Assembly: GCF_009914755.1 (NCBI RefSeq)
Contig: NC_060940.1
Source of the DNA: the human T2T-CHM13v2.0 reference genome, Homo sapiens
Strand: one strand, 5' to 3'
DNA: 64,000 nt
The notes under the pieces were generated by a model. The model made no database searches and was not told the origin of the DNA. It saw nothing but the letters and a program-made list of their open reading frames with translations. Shown here one piece after another: positions 26,559-39,834 of the stretch. Position 1 is the first letter of the stretch; the number at the start of each line of letters is the position of its first letter. The position numbers and the translations under genes are program-made.

Positions 26559-26990
26559 TATTAGTCAGATTGCACTCAGAAAACAGATGGCGCACCCAAG
26601 TTAGTCTAATTTGTGAAGGATTTATTAAGAAGGAGACTGAGCACAAGAGTGTGAGTAGGGTGGTGGGGGATCTGAGGCATGGCGCAAGACCTGGGACTGG
26701 TGGTGGTGGAGTTGCCACCTCCCACACATCAAAAGGATGAGGGGAGCAGGAGTTGAGCAGAGCAAGCCTCTTTGAGAAGTACAGTGACTTTCTCAGAGAT
26801 GGAACCAGATAAATAAATATCCTGACCACCTTCCTTCCTGCTCCTGGTGCTTCCCATTGGCCAAATCCAACCGGAACATGAGGACATGGCAGCCCATGGA
26901 TGTAATGCAGCCAGCTTAGCCCCTGGGGCAGAGAGGAGGATGCAAGGAAGTGGAGAGGAGATCTGGTGGGACAAATGGAGACATCTGGCA
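26559..26990 (-). mobile_element. LTR40-like ERVL solo LTR
   Basis: TATTAGTCAG..CAGAAAACAGATGGCGCACCCAA; CTTCCCATTGGCCAAATCCAACCGGAA. Confidence 0.65.
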
Positions 26991-28954
26991 TAGGGAATGC
27001 AACCAACAGATGTTTGAGGATTCCTAAGGCTTCTTGTGAGTCAGGTCCCAATTCTCAGAGTCAAATCAAGTCACATTCAAGTCACCAGCCCTTCCCACAT
27101 TTTAACTAAGGAGAAGGAGAGCCTGGGAAGAAGCCGTCACTAGGGGCAGCCCAGAGGACAGCTGCAAGGGAACTTGGCTGGGGGTGGGCAGTGCAGGCCT
27201 TCGGAGAGGATCCATCCTCTGCTGCAGGAACACAGGATTGGGAGTGCATTAGGCTTGTTGGCAGCTCCGCAAAACAGAGATCTGAATCTGCCTTGTTCCT
27301 TTGTTCCTCAAGCAGAGTCTGGCATAAGCAGTTGCTCAGTAAATGCTTCCTGAATAAATGAGATGTTTGGGTAAAATGTGGCAGTCTGATTATATTCTCA
27401 ATGTAGAACCATCCTGCTGCATTTCTGAGCAGATAGACCACCGGGGACTGTTGGGGTATCCTGGTCTTTTTAGGAACTACTCTTGGGGATACCCCAACAT
27501 CAGAAGGGCCCGGATGGAGCAGCTATATCCCTGTATCACTCTGGGATTTCCTGGTTCAAGGAACAAAACCTAAAGTCTCTTCTCCAGCTGCCTCCCACTC
27601 ACCAGCTGGAAAGAACTCTGGGAACAAGTGGCTTGTGTCTCTGCATATTCCTCACTTGGCAAATCAAAAAACAGTTGGATTAGAGGATTAGGCATTAAAT
27701 GAATGGCTAATGGCTTCTGTGAGACACTGCACAGAGGCCATAAAGCAGGTGGCAGGGCACAAGCTGAGCTGTAGAGTTTACAAAGGCAGGCCTCAGGCCT
27801 TCATCCTGGAGAAACTCTGAGAAGAAGGAGAACATGGGAGAAGATGAATCTATTCCTCCTTCGTAAGGCCCAGCTGGGCTGTTATCTTAACCCCTGCTCT
27901 ATGGATTGCTAAATCAAAACAAAGGATTCGGGTCAGAGGCTTGTTTTCCTTCAGTCAATTGATATTTTTTAAACTTATACCATGTGGTAAGCTTGTTCCA
28001 GGGTCTGAAGACAGACATGAATAACACTGGCACTCTTCCTACCTTTACCTGAGCTTATAGTTGAGAATATATATCAGAATTACATGGAACTTATAATGCA
28101 GAGTCCAGGGCCTCATTACTAAACTATCCTGACACAGATCTGGAGCAGGTATCAAGAACCTGTACCTAAAAAAGACAAACATCCTGGGTCCTTCTAATGC
28201 AATTGGTCCAGCCATATCTTGAGAACCAACTGGTCTACCAGGAATCTTACACATTGAAAAAGAGTTCCCTGGCCAGACAATTAATACCCAGCTCCCCCAA
28301 ATTGGAATTCTGCTTCACCTTAGGGACTCAGGTAAGCAGAAGAGAAAAAACATCTCAAGTAGGAAGAAAAAGAAAAAAAACCCCACTTACAATGTCAAAA
28401 TTACTCTTGAAAATCACTTAGGAAGGTACCATGTTGGAGGTTGTTCTATCAATTTTAAAAAGACCAGCCCAGTCATTTTCTCTCCACTATAGGAAGAAAT
28501 CTGTTTCTTCAGTTGGACACCAAATGAATGGCTAGATTAGAGGTCCTGCTGTTTTAAAAAGTTAATAAAGCTGAAAAAAAAAGCACCATTCTTTAAATAC
28601 TCCATATGGTGTGGTATTCTGTTTGTAGGAGGCACACAAACAATAGCAGATTTGAAGCCCCATTTCAGGCTCACTATGGGGTCTGCACATATTGAATGAA
28701 GTGGCAGGCAGAATTGCCTGTATTATTTAAGTTATTATTTCTTTTTCTTAATTTTTTTCCCCAAATCAAAGTGGTTGGATTTGCAGAAATTAAATGTGCA
28801 TGTGATACAACTCCACAGTTCTAGACAGACCATGAAAAGTGCCTGGCACTTACATTTTCCCATCCTGGGAAAGCCCAGCTTGCCTCCGAGCCCATCACTG
28901 TCTTTGGAGGAATTCTTGATGACTGAGTCCCTATTCTTTGCATCACGTGAACAA

Positions 28955-29080
28955 CGGGTTATTGCAACCAGGTTGTATACTGTACAACCTTTGGGGGTGC
29001 CATTCACAAAGACTGTAGTGTGAATGGTGTCCCTGGAATTATGCAGTACACAACCTGCACAGCCTAATGTGCTGGCCCTT
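28955..29080. mobile_element. MER91-like palindromic hAT MITE
   Basis: AGGTTGTATACTGTACAAC..GGTGCCATTCACA|TGTGAATGGTGTCC..GCAGTACACAACCT inverted symmetry. Confidence 0.7.
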
Positions 29081-29339
29081 ATTGTGCCCAAAGGCAGTCA
29101 GGAAGCCCCAAAAATCTGCTCCAGGCTGTTCACTGGGTGTGTGGAAGGTACACTTACGTTATTGTTTTCAAATAACACAGCAGTGAAAAGCCAGACAAAT
29201 GAAATACCCAAGAGAATCCGAGTATCTGTATTTCCAATTACACTGAACATGCATTCTTCACCCACATAAGTGCCAATTTGTATTATTCTAAGTTCCACTG
29301 AAATTGGCCCAAGCCCCTGGGGCACTTCTTGCCTAGTTT

Positions 29340-29520
29340 CACTTGTTACCCTGGGATAATTGGTTTAAAACTGATTACTGGGTCACTAATTATGGAGCCT
29401 ATTGACAGTGTATTTCAGCTTAGGGAAGCAATTAAAAAGTTCACCCTAATTAATCAGGGGTAATTAACAGGTCTTAAATTTCATCAAGAGATTAATTATC
29501 AAGAAATCCAGAACAAATCA
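29340..29520. promoter_or_regulatory. Homeodomain-site cluster, candidate enhancer
   Basis: TAATTA at 29387, 29447, 29461, 29493 plus TAATTG, CAATTA and TGACAG in repeat-free DNA. Confidence 0.3.
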
Positions 29521-29769
29521 ATGTGCATTCCAGGAGGGTGAAAGAGGACTTTATCATTGGAGCTGGAGGTTATTTGGATTATCCATTCATTCATTTAACA
29601 AATGTTTACTGAGCACCTACACGGTGCCAAGCACAGAGCCTAGTGGCTTTGCAGTTCCAGTGGCTTTGCTGATGTGACTTCCCATTAGACAGGGAATGGT
29701 GGAACATGTGACCAGGCACTTTTTCAAATGGTTGCAGAGAGGCTCCCTGAAGGCATAATCACAATATTT

Positions 29770-30000
29770 CAAGTTAATTGTTTTGAGCACTTATTACGTG
29801 CTATGTGCAGGACTAAGAGCTTCTGTCTATTATTTCATTAAACCTTCACAATGACCCTATTATGTAGAAGCTATTGGTTATCATCATTTAACAGGTAAGG
29901 AAACTCAGGCATAGCTGGGTTAAGAAACTTACCCAAGAAGACACAGTTAGGAAATAGTAGGGCTAGGTTTTGAATCCAGGGAGAGTGACTCTATGCTTTG
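29770..30000 (-). mobile_element. MIR
   Basis: CAGGTAAGGAAACTCAGGC..ACTTACCCAAG..TTTGAATCCAGG. Confidence 0.8.
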
Positions 30001-30084
30001 GTACACCTCTCAATGTGTCAGTGTTCTGAGAAAGGATCAGGTTAGCCTTTCCCCAAGGGAGGTTAGTGGAAAGACAGCCAAATA

Positions 30085-30310
30085 AAGTGAAGTGTGGGGC
30101 TCTAGAGTCAGACTACCTGCGTCAAATCCTGGTGCCACTGACTAACCATATGAGCTTGGGCAAGTTCACCCCACCTCTCTGTGACCCCACTTTCCTCTTC
30201 TGTAAAATGGGCATGTAATGGTACCAACGACACCATGCTAATTTAAGGTGATGCATGTAAAACATTTCAGATCGTTCCCGGCACCTGGTAGCTGTTGGGG
30301 CCATTTACTA
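30085..30310 (+). mobile_element. MIR
   Basis: GCTCTAGAGTCAGACTACCTGCGTCAAATCC..CTTGGGCAAG..TCTGTAAAATGGG. Confidence 0.8.
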
Positions 30311-30430
30311 CTGCCTTCTTGCTGAGCCAGGAAGTTACTGTCTTAGCTCTTTTTCTACCAGCTGGCATGATTCTGCCATACAGATCCTTGTTTGGGTTTT
30401 AGGAATGATTTTCTATTTAGTTTGGGAGTG

Positions 30431-30729
30431 TGCTATGATCTGAATTGTGCCTACCCAAAATATGTTGATGCCCTGATCCCCAGTGGGATGGTATTTGGAG
30501 ACGGGGTCTTTGAGAAGCAATTAGGTTTAGATGAGGTCATGCAATGGAATTCGTGTTCTTATAAGAAGAGACATCAGAGCATTCACATTAATGTTCTCTT
30601 TCTCTCATTCCTGACCATGCTGGCACTCTAACCTCAGACCTTCAGCCCCCAGAACTGTGAGAAAATACATTTTTATTGTTTAAGCCACCCAGTCTAGGGT
30701 ATTTTGTAGTGGCAGCCTGAACTAATACA
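30431..30729 (+). mobile_element. MLT1A solo LTR with internal deletion
   Basis: TGCTATGATCTGAAT..GGCAGCCTGAACTAATACA; TSD GAGTG / GAATG. Confidence 0.85.
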
Positions 30730-31018
30730 GAATGTTTGCTAATTTTCCAGAACTGATTGCTTGGGGCCACTTCAGAGGTTAAGCTACCAGACATCAGAGT
30801 GTCATTCCCATCACTCTAATACAAAAATGATCTGTTGCCTGCAAGGCAACTTTGATAACAGGGAGTATGGCAGTCCTAGAGAGTGACGCTTCTGTAAATT
30901 CTATCCTTGCTTCTTTTCTGGGGCTGAAAAGTAATAGATCAGGCACACAGAGGTGGAGGCAATGGGCTCTTCCCAGTGCAATGCTTTGGTGATGTCCAGA
31001 GACCTATAGAGGTGAGAA

Positions 31019-31093
31019 ATACTGAAGAGGACATCCGCCATTTTTGTCTGTCTAGCATCAATCCTAATTCCTGTAACTACACTCTGGTTTTTC
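31019..31093 (+). repeat. 75-bp direct copy of 32925-33000
   Basis: Identical except one substitution and one 1-bp indel. Confidence 0.95.
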
Positions 31094-31249
31094 TCTGATG
31101 ATGTTAGAGTACTATCAGTAAGGAGATGTGGGCTGCAAATAGAGCCCAGATGTCCTTGTGTTCATCTCAACCACCAGCCTGAGACTACAAAAATAAGGAT
31201 GCACTTCCTAGGTCTGACCGACGGCCACAGAAAGTTTATACAAGTTATG

Positions 31250-31470
31250 GTGGTCAGGAGTGTGGCAACTGGAATCAGATGGCTTGGGTTCAAATCCTGT
31301 CCCTGACACTGCCTAGCTGGGTGACTGGGTAGGCTACTTAACCTTCATGACTTAGCTTCCTCCTCCATCAAATGGGGATTCAGTTTGCCAAGAGGATTCA
31401 ATGACACTGAGTATGTAAAGTGAATAACTCAGTGCTTGGGACATAGTGATCACCCCGGATAGCCTTTGTT
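31250..31470 (+). mobile_element. MIR
   Basis: TGGGTTCAAATCCTG..TAGCTGGGTGACTGGG..CTTCCTCCTCCATCAAATGGGGAT. Confidence 0.75.
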
Positions 31471-32344
31471 GTTATATAACAATCCCTAGAACCACTTGCC
31501 AAGATGAGGTGAACATTCAATTTACTCCTAGAGTTCCTTTCCCAAAACAGTCCTGAAGACTCTTAAGGTCTTCTCCCCACTGTTTTCTGCCTTATATATC
31601 AGGGAATAGTCAGAAAAATACTTATGAACAGAGAAGGTCAATAAACTTGGAATGACTTTCAGTTCTGTAGTCTCTGAATCTTTTCCCTTTGGTCTTGCAA
31701 AGCAGCAATTTCCCACCTTCCCCTAACTCCTTGGTGGAAGTGCTTTATATGAATATTGTTTCTATATTGAATTAAGACATTACTATAGTGCTAAGCTTCA
31801 GTGGAAGACTTTCTGTAGGGGCAGGGAGTGTAGTTACAGGGTTTTTCCAGGGCTTTGCACCTGGAAAAGAGGTATGTCTTGCAGACCAGAAGAAGAAACT
31901 GGGAAAGAACTCAAAGGTTCATTCAGGGCTGGGCTCAGGTTCTCTTGTTATGTACAGTGAGGATGTCTAGCAAGATGGTCCTTGGTGAGGGAAGGAGAGT
32001 CTGAGTTGCACCAACCTCTGTGGTCCAGAGACTATCTTGTTGTGTCAAGACAGTGTGTGAAATGCTATAAGGCTTAAGAGTTCTGGGAGCAAGCTAACTG
32101 TGGCAGGATTATACACTTTACTTGTTTAGCTAGAGTGTTTTTCTAATTTTTCGGGGGAGTAGGGGTGGGAGTTTCTTAGTGTTTGCTTCTCTTTTGTTCT
32201 CTCTTAGCACTTGGCAATTTGAATATCCCAGCTAGCTTAGCTCTGCTACAGGGCTGGGGTGGTTATATCCATGTTGGAGCAAAGCTTTAAAAGGCAGCAT
32301 GATTTTTTTTGAGATTAGAGGTGAAATTCTTTAATTCTTCCTTT

Positions 32345-32760
32345 CTTCCTTCCATCCATCCCCATCCATCCATCCATCCATCCATCCATTTGTGTACCCA
32401 TTTGATAGCCCATTTATCCTTGCATTCATCCATCCATTTACCCATTTAATAACCCATTCGTCCATTCATTATTGCATTCATCCATCCATTTGCTCATCCT
32501 TTTATTTACCCATACATTTAGCCAACAAATATCTCTGAGCACCTGCTGTGGGCCAGGCACTGTTCTAGGCATTGGAGATACAGCAACGAACAAAACAGAG
32601 ACTTGCTCTTAAGGAGCATACTTCCTAGTGGTAAAAGATAAATGACAAACAAATGCAGTATGTAGTATACCAGGTGGTGACAAGTGCTTTGGAAACTATA
32701 AATCAGGGAAGGGAAATAGGGAGTGTTAGGGGTGAGCAATTAGAAAAGGAATTTGAGAGG
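32345..32760 (-). mobile_element. L2 3' end with tail expanded to (TCCA)n (~32345-32520)
   Basis: CAACAAATATCTCTGAGCACCTGCTGTGGGCCAGGCACTGTTCTAGGC. Confidence 0.8.
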
Positions 32761-32929
32761 ACAAAACCATGGCCACAGATTCTAGCAGTTCTTCCCTACC
32801 AAGAGACTTTTAAGAACATGTGATATTAACCTAGCGACCTCCTGAGGCTTATTACATTATAGAAACAGAGGCAGCTCAATGGCAGGTGGTTGCCCATGCA
32901 CAGAGTCATTTAGCTTGTGCACGCATACT

Positions 32930-33442
32930 TGAAGAGGACATCTGCCATTTTTGTCTGTCTAGCATCAATCCTAATTCCTGTAACTACACTCTGGTTTTTC
33001 CCTTGGGGAGCCAATCTGCTCCCTTTCTCATGGACCTTCGTTTAGAGGGGGCTGATCTCCCTCCCAAGCTTTATAATGAACATGTGACCCAGGATTGGCT
33101 CAGTAGGTTCATTTTTCCTGGCCACGTGGATGGTTTCAGGCATTACCTGACCATGTAAATCTAAGGAGAATTCCCCTGGACTTTGATGGGAGCCGGTGAA
33201 GAGGAGGATCTCTCTTTTTTGATGGTTATAAATATATTATAATGAAATGAGATATAATTTAAACATCTACAACTGCCAGTGGCCACCTTTGCACCTAGGG
33301 AAGAGGCTACCTGAGAATGAAGCCAGCACAAAGGTGACCTGGGAGATGGAAAGAGATTAAATCTTGGATCATCTGAGCCTGGTCCACCTGTCCCTAGACC
33401 ATCAGCTTTGTGAGCCAATAATTTTTTCGATAAACTTATGTC
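32930..33442 (+). mobile_element. MLT1K-like LTR (its 3' tip resumes ~34296 after the L1)
   Basis: CATGTGACCCAGGATTGGC, TGAGAATGAAGCCAGCACA, TGTGAGCCAATAA. Confidence 0.65.
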
Positions 33443-34294
33443 ATTTTTGTTTATAACTTTTAAGTTCAAGGATACAAGTGCAGGTTTGTTAACAGGTAAA
33501 CTTGGGCCATGGGGGTTTGTGGTACAGATTATTTCATCACCCAGGTATTAAGCCTGGTACCCATTAGTTATTTTTCCTGATCCTCTCCCTCCTTCCACTC
33601 TCCACTTTCCAAAAAACCCCAGCATGTGTTGCTCCCCTCTATGTGTCCATGTGTTCTCATCATTTAGCTCCCACTTGTAGGTGAGAACATGCAGTATTTG
33701 GTTTTCCATTCCTGTGTTAGTTTGCTAAAGATAATAGCCTTCAGCTTGATGCATGTCCCTGCAAAGGTTATAATCTTGTTCTTTTTTATGGCTGCATAGT
33801 ATTCCATGATGTATATGTACCACATTTTCTTTATCCAGTTTATTATTGATGGGCATTTAGGTTGATTCATTGTCTTTGCTATTGCGAATAGCGCTGCAAT
33901 GAACATATCATTGCATGTGTCTTTATAGCAGAATGTTTTATGTTCCTCTGGGTATGTACCTAGTAATGGGATTGCTGGGTTGAATGGTATTTCTGTCTTT
34001 AGGTCTTTGAGGAATTGCCACACTGTCTTCTACAAACTAACTTACACTCCCACCAACTGAACTAACTTACACTCCCACCAACTGTGTGTAAGTGTTCCTT
34101 TTTCTCCACATGGAGGACTGATGCTCTACCTCACCAGCATCTGTCATTTTTTGACTCTTTAATACTAGCCATTCTGACTGGTATTAGACGGTGTCTCATT
34201 GTAGTTTTGATTTACATTTCTCTAATGATCAGGGATGTTGGGCTTTTATTCAAATGACTGTTGGCTGCATATATGTCTTCTTTTGAAAAGTGTC
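33443..34294 (-). mobile_element. 5'-truncated L1PA (PA12/13-like)
   Basis: GGGGGTTTGTGGTACAGATTATTTCATCACCCAGGTATTAAGCC; ORF 33664..34023 is L1 ORF2 C-terminus. Confidence 0.9.
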
Positions 34295-34539
34295 CCAAGA
34301 ATCCTGATTAACATGGTGCTCAGTGAATACTTATTGAATGGATAACATCAGAACTTTGCTGGAAGGAATCTTAAGAAATTGGAATTCTGCTCCCTTTGTC
34401 CCTATATTTCACATTGAGAAGTTCAATGTGACCTCTAAGGTGACATCAACTGGCTCTTCGCAGGTACCTTTAAAAAGAAGTTTCATTTATGTTCAGAATC
34501 ATGATGCATAGGAATTAGACATGCCTTCTAAGTATGTTT

Positions 34540-35930
34540 AGGTATGATTTCAGTGTATTTCAAAAGTAATACATGCTCAATACAGAAAACAGAAAAGCGC
34601 AAAGAAGAAAATAAAAATTATGTATCTATCCAGCCCCTAAATAACTTGGCACACCAAGTTTTTGCTTTGCATCCATGTTTTTAAAATAAAATTTAGAATA
34701 TACTCAATAAATCTGTATTTAAATCTGTATTTATTTTCACTGAAAATATATTTTTACTATTTTCCATGCCAGTGATTACTCTCCCATAACAACATATTTG
34801 ACCACAATCTGGAAAGAATTTAAAGTTCTAGAAAAGTGCAAAGAACAACTTAATAGACATCTATACTCCCACCCTGTGCTGTTAACAACTATTAATATTT
34901 TATTATGTTCACTTTCAGTCATTTTTCAAAGGGAAAACAGTACATAGGTAGCTAACGTCTCCTACCAGTGAGTCTTTATTTATTTTTCACAGTTGTAAAG
35001 GCACTCTGAAGAATATCATTATTGAGCCTGTACACAATACAAAATTATACGACCTTTGTGTACATCCACCACTCCCTCAGGGTGAAGTCTTGGAAATGGT
35101 GGAACTGCCAGATCAGTGGGTGAATTTGTACTCCTGCCTGCCATAAATGATAACTCCCTTGTCCCTATATTCTAGCCAACACTGGCTCATTCTAATTCAC
35201 TTCAAAAAAAAGTTTCATTTGAGAAAGGTGACATTTTATTATTGCTTTATTTTGTATTTCTTTGATTTCTAGTGATGTGACATATACACTTAATATGTAC
35301 CAGCCAGTTTATAATTTTTCTATTATTAATTGCATTTTCACATCCTGTGTGCTTTTGTTTGTTGGGTATTCATCGTTTCTTTTTGAGTTAAAGGAGCTGC
35401 TTCGATGTTAAGGATATCATCATAAATGGCAAACATATATTCTGCTGTGTATCAATTGCCCTTCAGTTTTATTTATGATGGTTTTTGACATAAGTTGTTA
35501 CTGTTTTTTGTGTGTTATAATCAAGTTTGACAGACTTTTCCTTTATGTTTTCTGCATTTGGTGTCATGCTTAGAAAACCCTTCTCCATCCCTAGTTTCTA
35601 AAATTGTTCACCCATGTTTTCAGTGTCCTTATGGTTTATTTTTACATAAAATTAAAAAAAAAACTAGAATTAATTTTGGGGTATGGTATGGGCTAAGATT
35701 CTAACAAATTTTTCCCAGATGGGTATCATGTTGTCTCAACATAATGATGATTGATTAAAAATGCCATATACTACATTGACTTTTATAGATCTATGTCAAT
35801 TTCTGGAAATTTTATTCTGTTCCATCAATGTGTATGCCTTTGCTACACATCACTACAGTGTTTTATTACGTCTTTATAATATAGTTTCCTATCTATTTTA
35901 ATGAATCTCTCTTCTTCTTAAAACTTTGGT
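34540..35930 (-). mobile_element. Old L1M(E) fragments
   Basis: AT-rich degraded antisense L1: TTTGGTGTCATGCTTAGAAAACCCTTCTCC, TTTTATTCTGTTCCAT. Confidence 0.6.
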
Positions 35931-36183
35931 CAAACTTGTGTTTTCCTTTTTCTAAATGAGATTCTTAACCAAGGGTGAGCATAAAAACAATCTGTGGAGG
36001 ACTTTAATTAACCTGCCCAGGGCTCACATCCCAGAAAATTCTGATTCATTGGGTCTGGTGTGGGAGCTGGGCATCTTTCAAAAATAAATAAATAACACAT
36101 GCATATATACATAATATATGCATTATACATAAAAGACTCCCTAGTTGATGGGGAGGCCCCTAGATTAAGAACCACAGCTCCCA

Positions 36184-36401
36184 CGTGAGAACACATGGAC
36201 ACATAGAGGGGAGCAGCACACACTGGGGCCTATTGGAGGGTGGAAGGTGGGAGAAGGAAAAGGATTAGGAAAAATAATTAATGAGTACTAGGCTTAATAC
36301 CTGGTGATGAGACAAGTTTACCTATGTAACAAACCCGCACATGTACCCTGAACTTAAAATAAAAGTTAAAATAAATAAATAAGAAGACAAAACCAAATAA
36401 A
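36184..36401 (+). mobile_element. Short L1PA 3' end inserted at the end of a MER5A (~35965-36180)
   Basis: GAGAACACATGGACACATAGAGGGG..CTGAACTTAAAATAAAAG; TSD AAGAACCACAGC(T/C)CC. Confidence 0.88.
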
Positions 36402-36804
36402 AAGAACCACAGCCCCAGCTTCAAAAGATTTTTATAATTTCAGAATCCTGTGTCAGAGTTCCCCTCTTCTCCCACTTCTATCCTGTTTCCAAGTGCAAGA
36501 TGCTCCCTGGGGGCCACCTGGGGTGCTCTTATGTAATTGGTCTTGAGGATTTAGCTCAGGCTTTGGGGTTTTTGAAAACTTCCTCAGTGATTCTAACGTG
36601 CAGTCAGGGTTGGTGATGACTGGTTTAGAAACTCCTTCTCAGTCCTGACCACTAAATCCTTGCTCTACTGTACAGATAGAATTCTATCTGTGAATTAGTA
36701 TGGATTTCAATCCTGGTTATACATCAGAATCATCTGTGGTTCTTAAAAAACAGACTGAGCTGAATGTATACATTAAATATTGACCATCAGCATTAAAAAA
36801 ATAC

Positions 36805-37194
<390 letters not shown>

Positions 37195-37269
37195 CTAACT
37201 CTATTTTTCAGGTGAGAGACCACCTGTTTAAATACATGCATATAGAACTGATCCTTATTGATATAAATG

Positions 37270-37445
37270 TTTCATCGTGTTTTAATAGAAAGTGGTTCTC
37301 AGACTTAAGCATCAGAGCCACCTGGAGAACTTGCTGGGCCCCAGCTCCAGAGTTTCTGAGTTAGTTGACATGGGCCTAAGAGTTTGCATTTAACAGGTTC
37401 CTTGATGCTGCCCCAAGGACCACACTTTGAGAAACATTGAGCTGT
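37270..37445. mobile_element. MER5A
   Basis: AGTGGTTCTCA..CACCTGGAGAACTTG..GGACCACACTTTGAGAAACATTG. Confidence 0.8.
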
Positions 37446-38050
37446 GGCATTCATACAAATTTTAGACTTGTTGTGTCACGGAGAAATTACTCCATAGCAA
37501 TGATCTTAAGCATGCTCTCCAAGCTTAAGATCTGAAGCTGTGATCTGAAGACCCCTGAGAAGTGATGGCAAGGGGTATCCAAAACTCTCTGTGCACCTAT
37601 CACTGCTGAGAGTCACTGCTAAAGCATCTTATTAAACTCCTAGGGCTGTACCTTCAGTCTGACTTTATTGAGCTTCTTACACATCCCCCTCCAGTTCCAA
37701 TGTTGCCCTCATTATTGTGAGTGTGTAACCCCTGATGCATGACCTCAGTGGTTGTGGTGTTGCATGACATGGTGTATAGGGTGAATGACAAGTTGTTCCC
37801 TAAAGGGTAAGACCTTGCCAGGATTATCTGGGGAAGGGAACATGTCTTAGAATGGGTTGAGGACACTTAGACGGCCAGAAGAACTGCCTCCATACCCAAC
37901 TCACTTGGAAGCATCATCTTCCAACCCATTTTCTCCAGAGGAGCCAATTAAGTGTTCTACAATGCAACTCCAATCATGTCACTCCCTTGCATAAGCCCTT
38001 CAATAGTTCCCCAATGGCTCCTAGAATAAAATCCAAAATTCTGGACATGG

Positions 38051-38463
38051 TGGTATAGGTTGGGTTCCCCAGAAAACAGATGGAGTTTGGCATGAAGCAT
38101 GCTCATTCTTAATCCCTTGGGACAAACACTCATGGATGCAGGAGATGGAAACACAAATGGGCAGAAAGAGTTAAGCCACGATATGGGCCCAAAGACAGCC
38201 TCAGCTTGTCCCATGGGGAGCTCTGGAGTTGGACTGGTCCATCACTGTTTTCTTGAGTTGAGTAAAGATGGTTACGCCTTTACAGCCCCACCGGGTATGA
38301 ATTGCCCCATAAAGGGTGTGACAATGGATGAGGCAGCCGTCTGCAGTTGAGACAATCCCTGAAGGTCCTGACCATGGACAGCTGGCCACCACAACATGCC
38401 TAGCATCTGGAGTAACAGGTTCTTCCTTAGAATAGGGCCTGAGTGGTAGCAGTGTTCACCACA
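38051..38463 (-). mobile_element. LTR16-family solo LTR inserted in a sense L2 (~37960-38750)
   Basis: AGGTTGGGTTCCCCAGAAAACAGA; TSD CATGG / GATGG; L2 on both sides (AGAATAAAATCCAAA; GGACCTTTGCCCATGCT). Confidence 0.7.
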
Positions 38464-39169
38464 GATGGCCACAACATTCTTTGCAATCTGGAAGTTGCCT
38501 ACCTCTCTAATCTCATCTTTTGTTATTTTTCCCCTTATTTTGTCCTCTTCAGGCACATGGTTTTTTCCTTCCATCTCTCAAATCCACCATGTGCCTTTCT
38601 GCTCCAGGACCTTTGCCCATGCTCACCTTCCTGCTTAGAATGTCCTCTGCATTTCTGCCCTCCTCACCTCCCATGCAGATATTCAAACTCCTTTTTCAGG
38701 TGTTTGCTCCAGAGTTGCTTTCTCTGGGGGAACTTATCCGACCCTCCACCTGTGTAGGATGCTTGGTATATACTTGCAAAGCTTAGGAACCTACTGGACT
38801 TGAGCCAGGAAATGAGGGACTCATGCAAAGCTGCCTCTTTCCTTGGGGTTCCATGTTGAGAGAGATGGGCCTGAAAGCCACCGTGAGCTGGCAAGATGGG
38901 GTACAGTTAGATTCTTTGTAAGCAGTGTGCTGACTTGCCTTAAAATTTAGCAAAACTTTTTGAAAATTCTGCCCTGTTTTCATTATGCTTTTTTGGGGCT
39001 GGAGCTGACCAGGAGAGGCAGCAAGAGCCAGAATCAGAGTGAGGGTCCTCAAATGGAAAGTGACATTTAAGAGGCTCAATTCAAGGGCCCTTGATCAGGC
39101 ATCCCTCTAAACCAGGGGATCCCCCTTCTTGTATTAAATTGTGGAGATTCAGAGTTTTGTGTTGTTGAA

Positions 39170-39400
39170 TAATAGCAATATAATAACAGCAGCCATGATG
39201 CCCTGTATTGAGCATTTACTGAGTAACACCATGCTATGTATTTGCTTGCCTTACCTCACTAATCCTCATATGACCTCTAGGAGGAGGAAACTATCATCTG
39301 TCTCTGTTGAAGAGATGAACAGAGGTTAAGCGATTTGCCCAGGATCACACTTGTAATTAGTGGCAGAGCTGGGCTATGAAGCAGTGCTACTGTAGGAACA
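39170..39400 (-). mobile_element. MIR
   Basis: CAGAGGTTAAGCGATTTGCCCAGGATCACAC..GTGGCAGAGCTGGG. Confidence 0.75.
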
Positions 39401-39834
39401 GAATCGCCAGGCCAATGCAGCATGCATCTGGCCTTTTTGACACAGGTGCCTATCTGAACCTTCTCAAGGGGGTGGCGCCTGTGGCCCAAGTCCCTGGTCC
39501 TTAGCAGTCTGCGGAGACCCAGCCTCTGCTGCTGGTTCCATGTACCCATCCCCCATCAGGGCTTCCCCCTCCTGCCAGCTCAGCCCTGGCTGCTTAAGTC
39601 CCAGCATGCCTCGGGCTGTAGCCAGCCTGAGTTATGACATAACTCGCCTGAAAATTTCCCTGTAAAGGGAAAGGGGCCAATCCAATGTGAATTATTCTTA
39701 TCGTAAGCTCCCCAAAGCCAGGGACCTTATATGATTTATCTTGGTATAACCCACAGCACTGGGAACAGGGCCTGGCACACAGCACACAATAAATGTTTAT
39801 GGAATTGACTGAAGTTTTCAGAGAGACGAGGGCA

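Noticed and set aside
26404-27051. 215-aa ORF
   Set aside because: Runs through LTR40-like and MER102 sequence with no recognisable domain
28955-29080. Long hairpin as a possible pre-miRNA
   Set aside because: Explained by a palindromic MER91-like MITE; no expression evidence available
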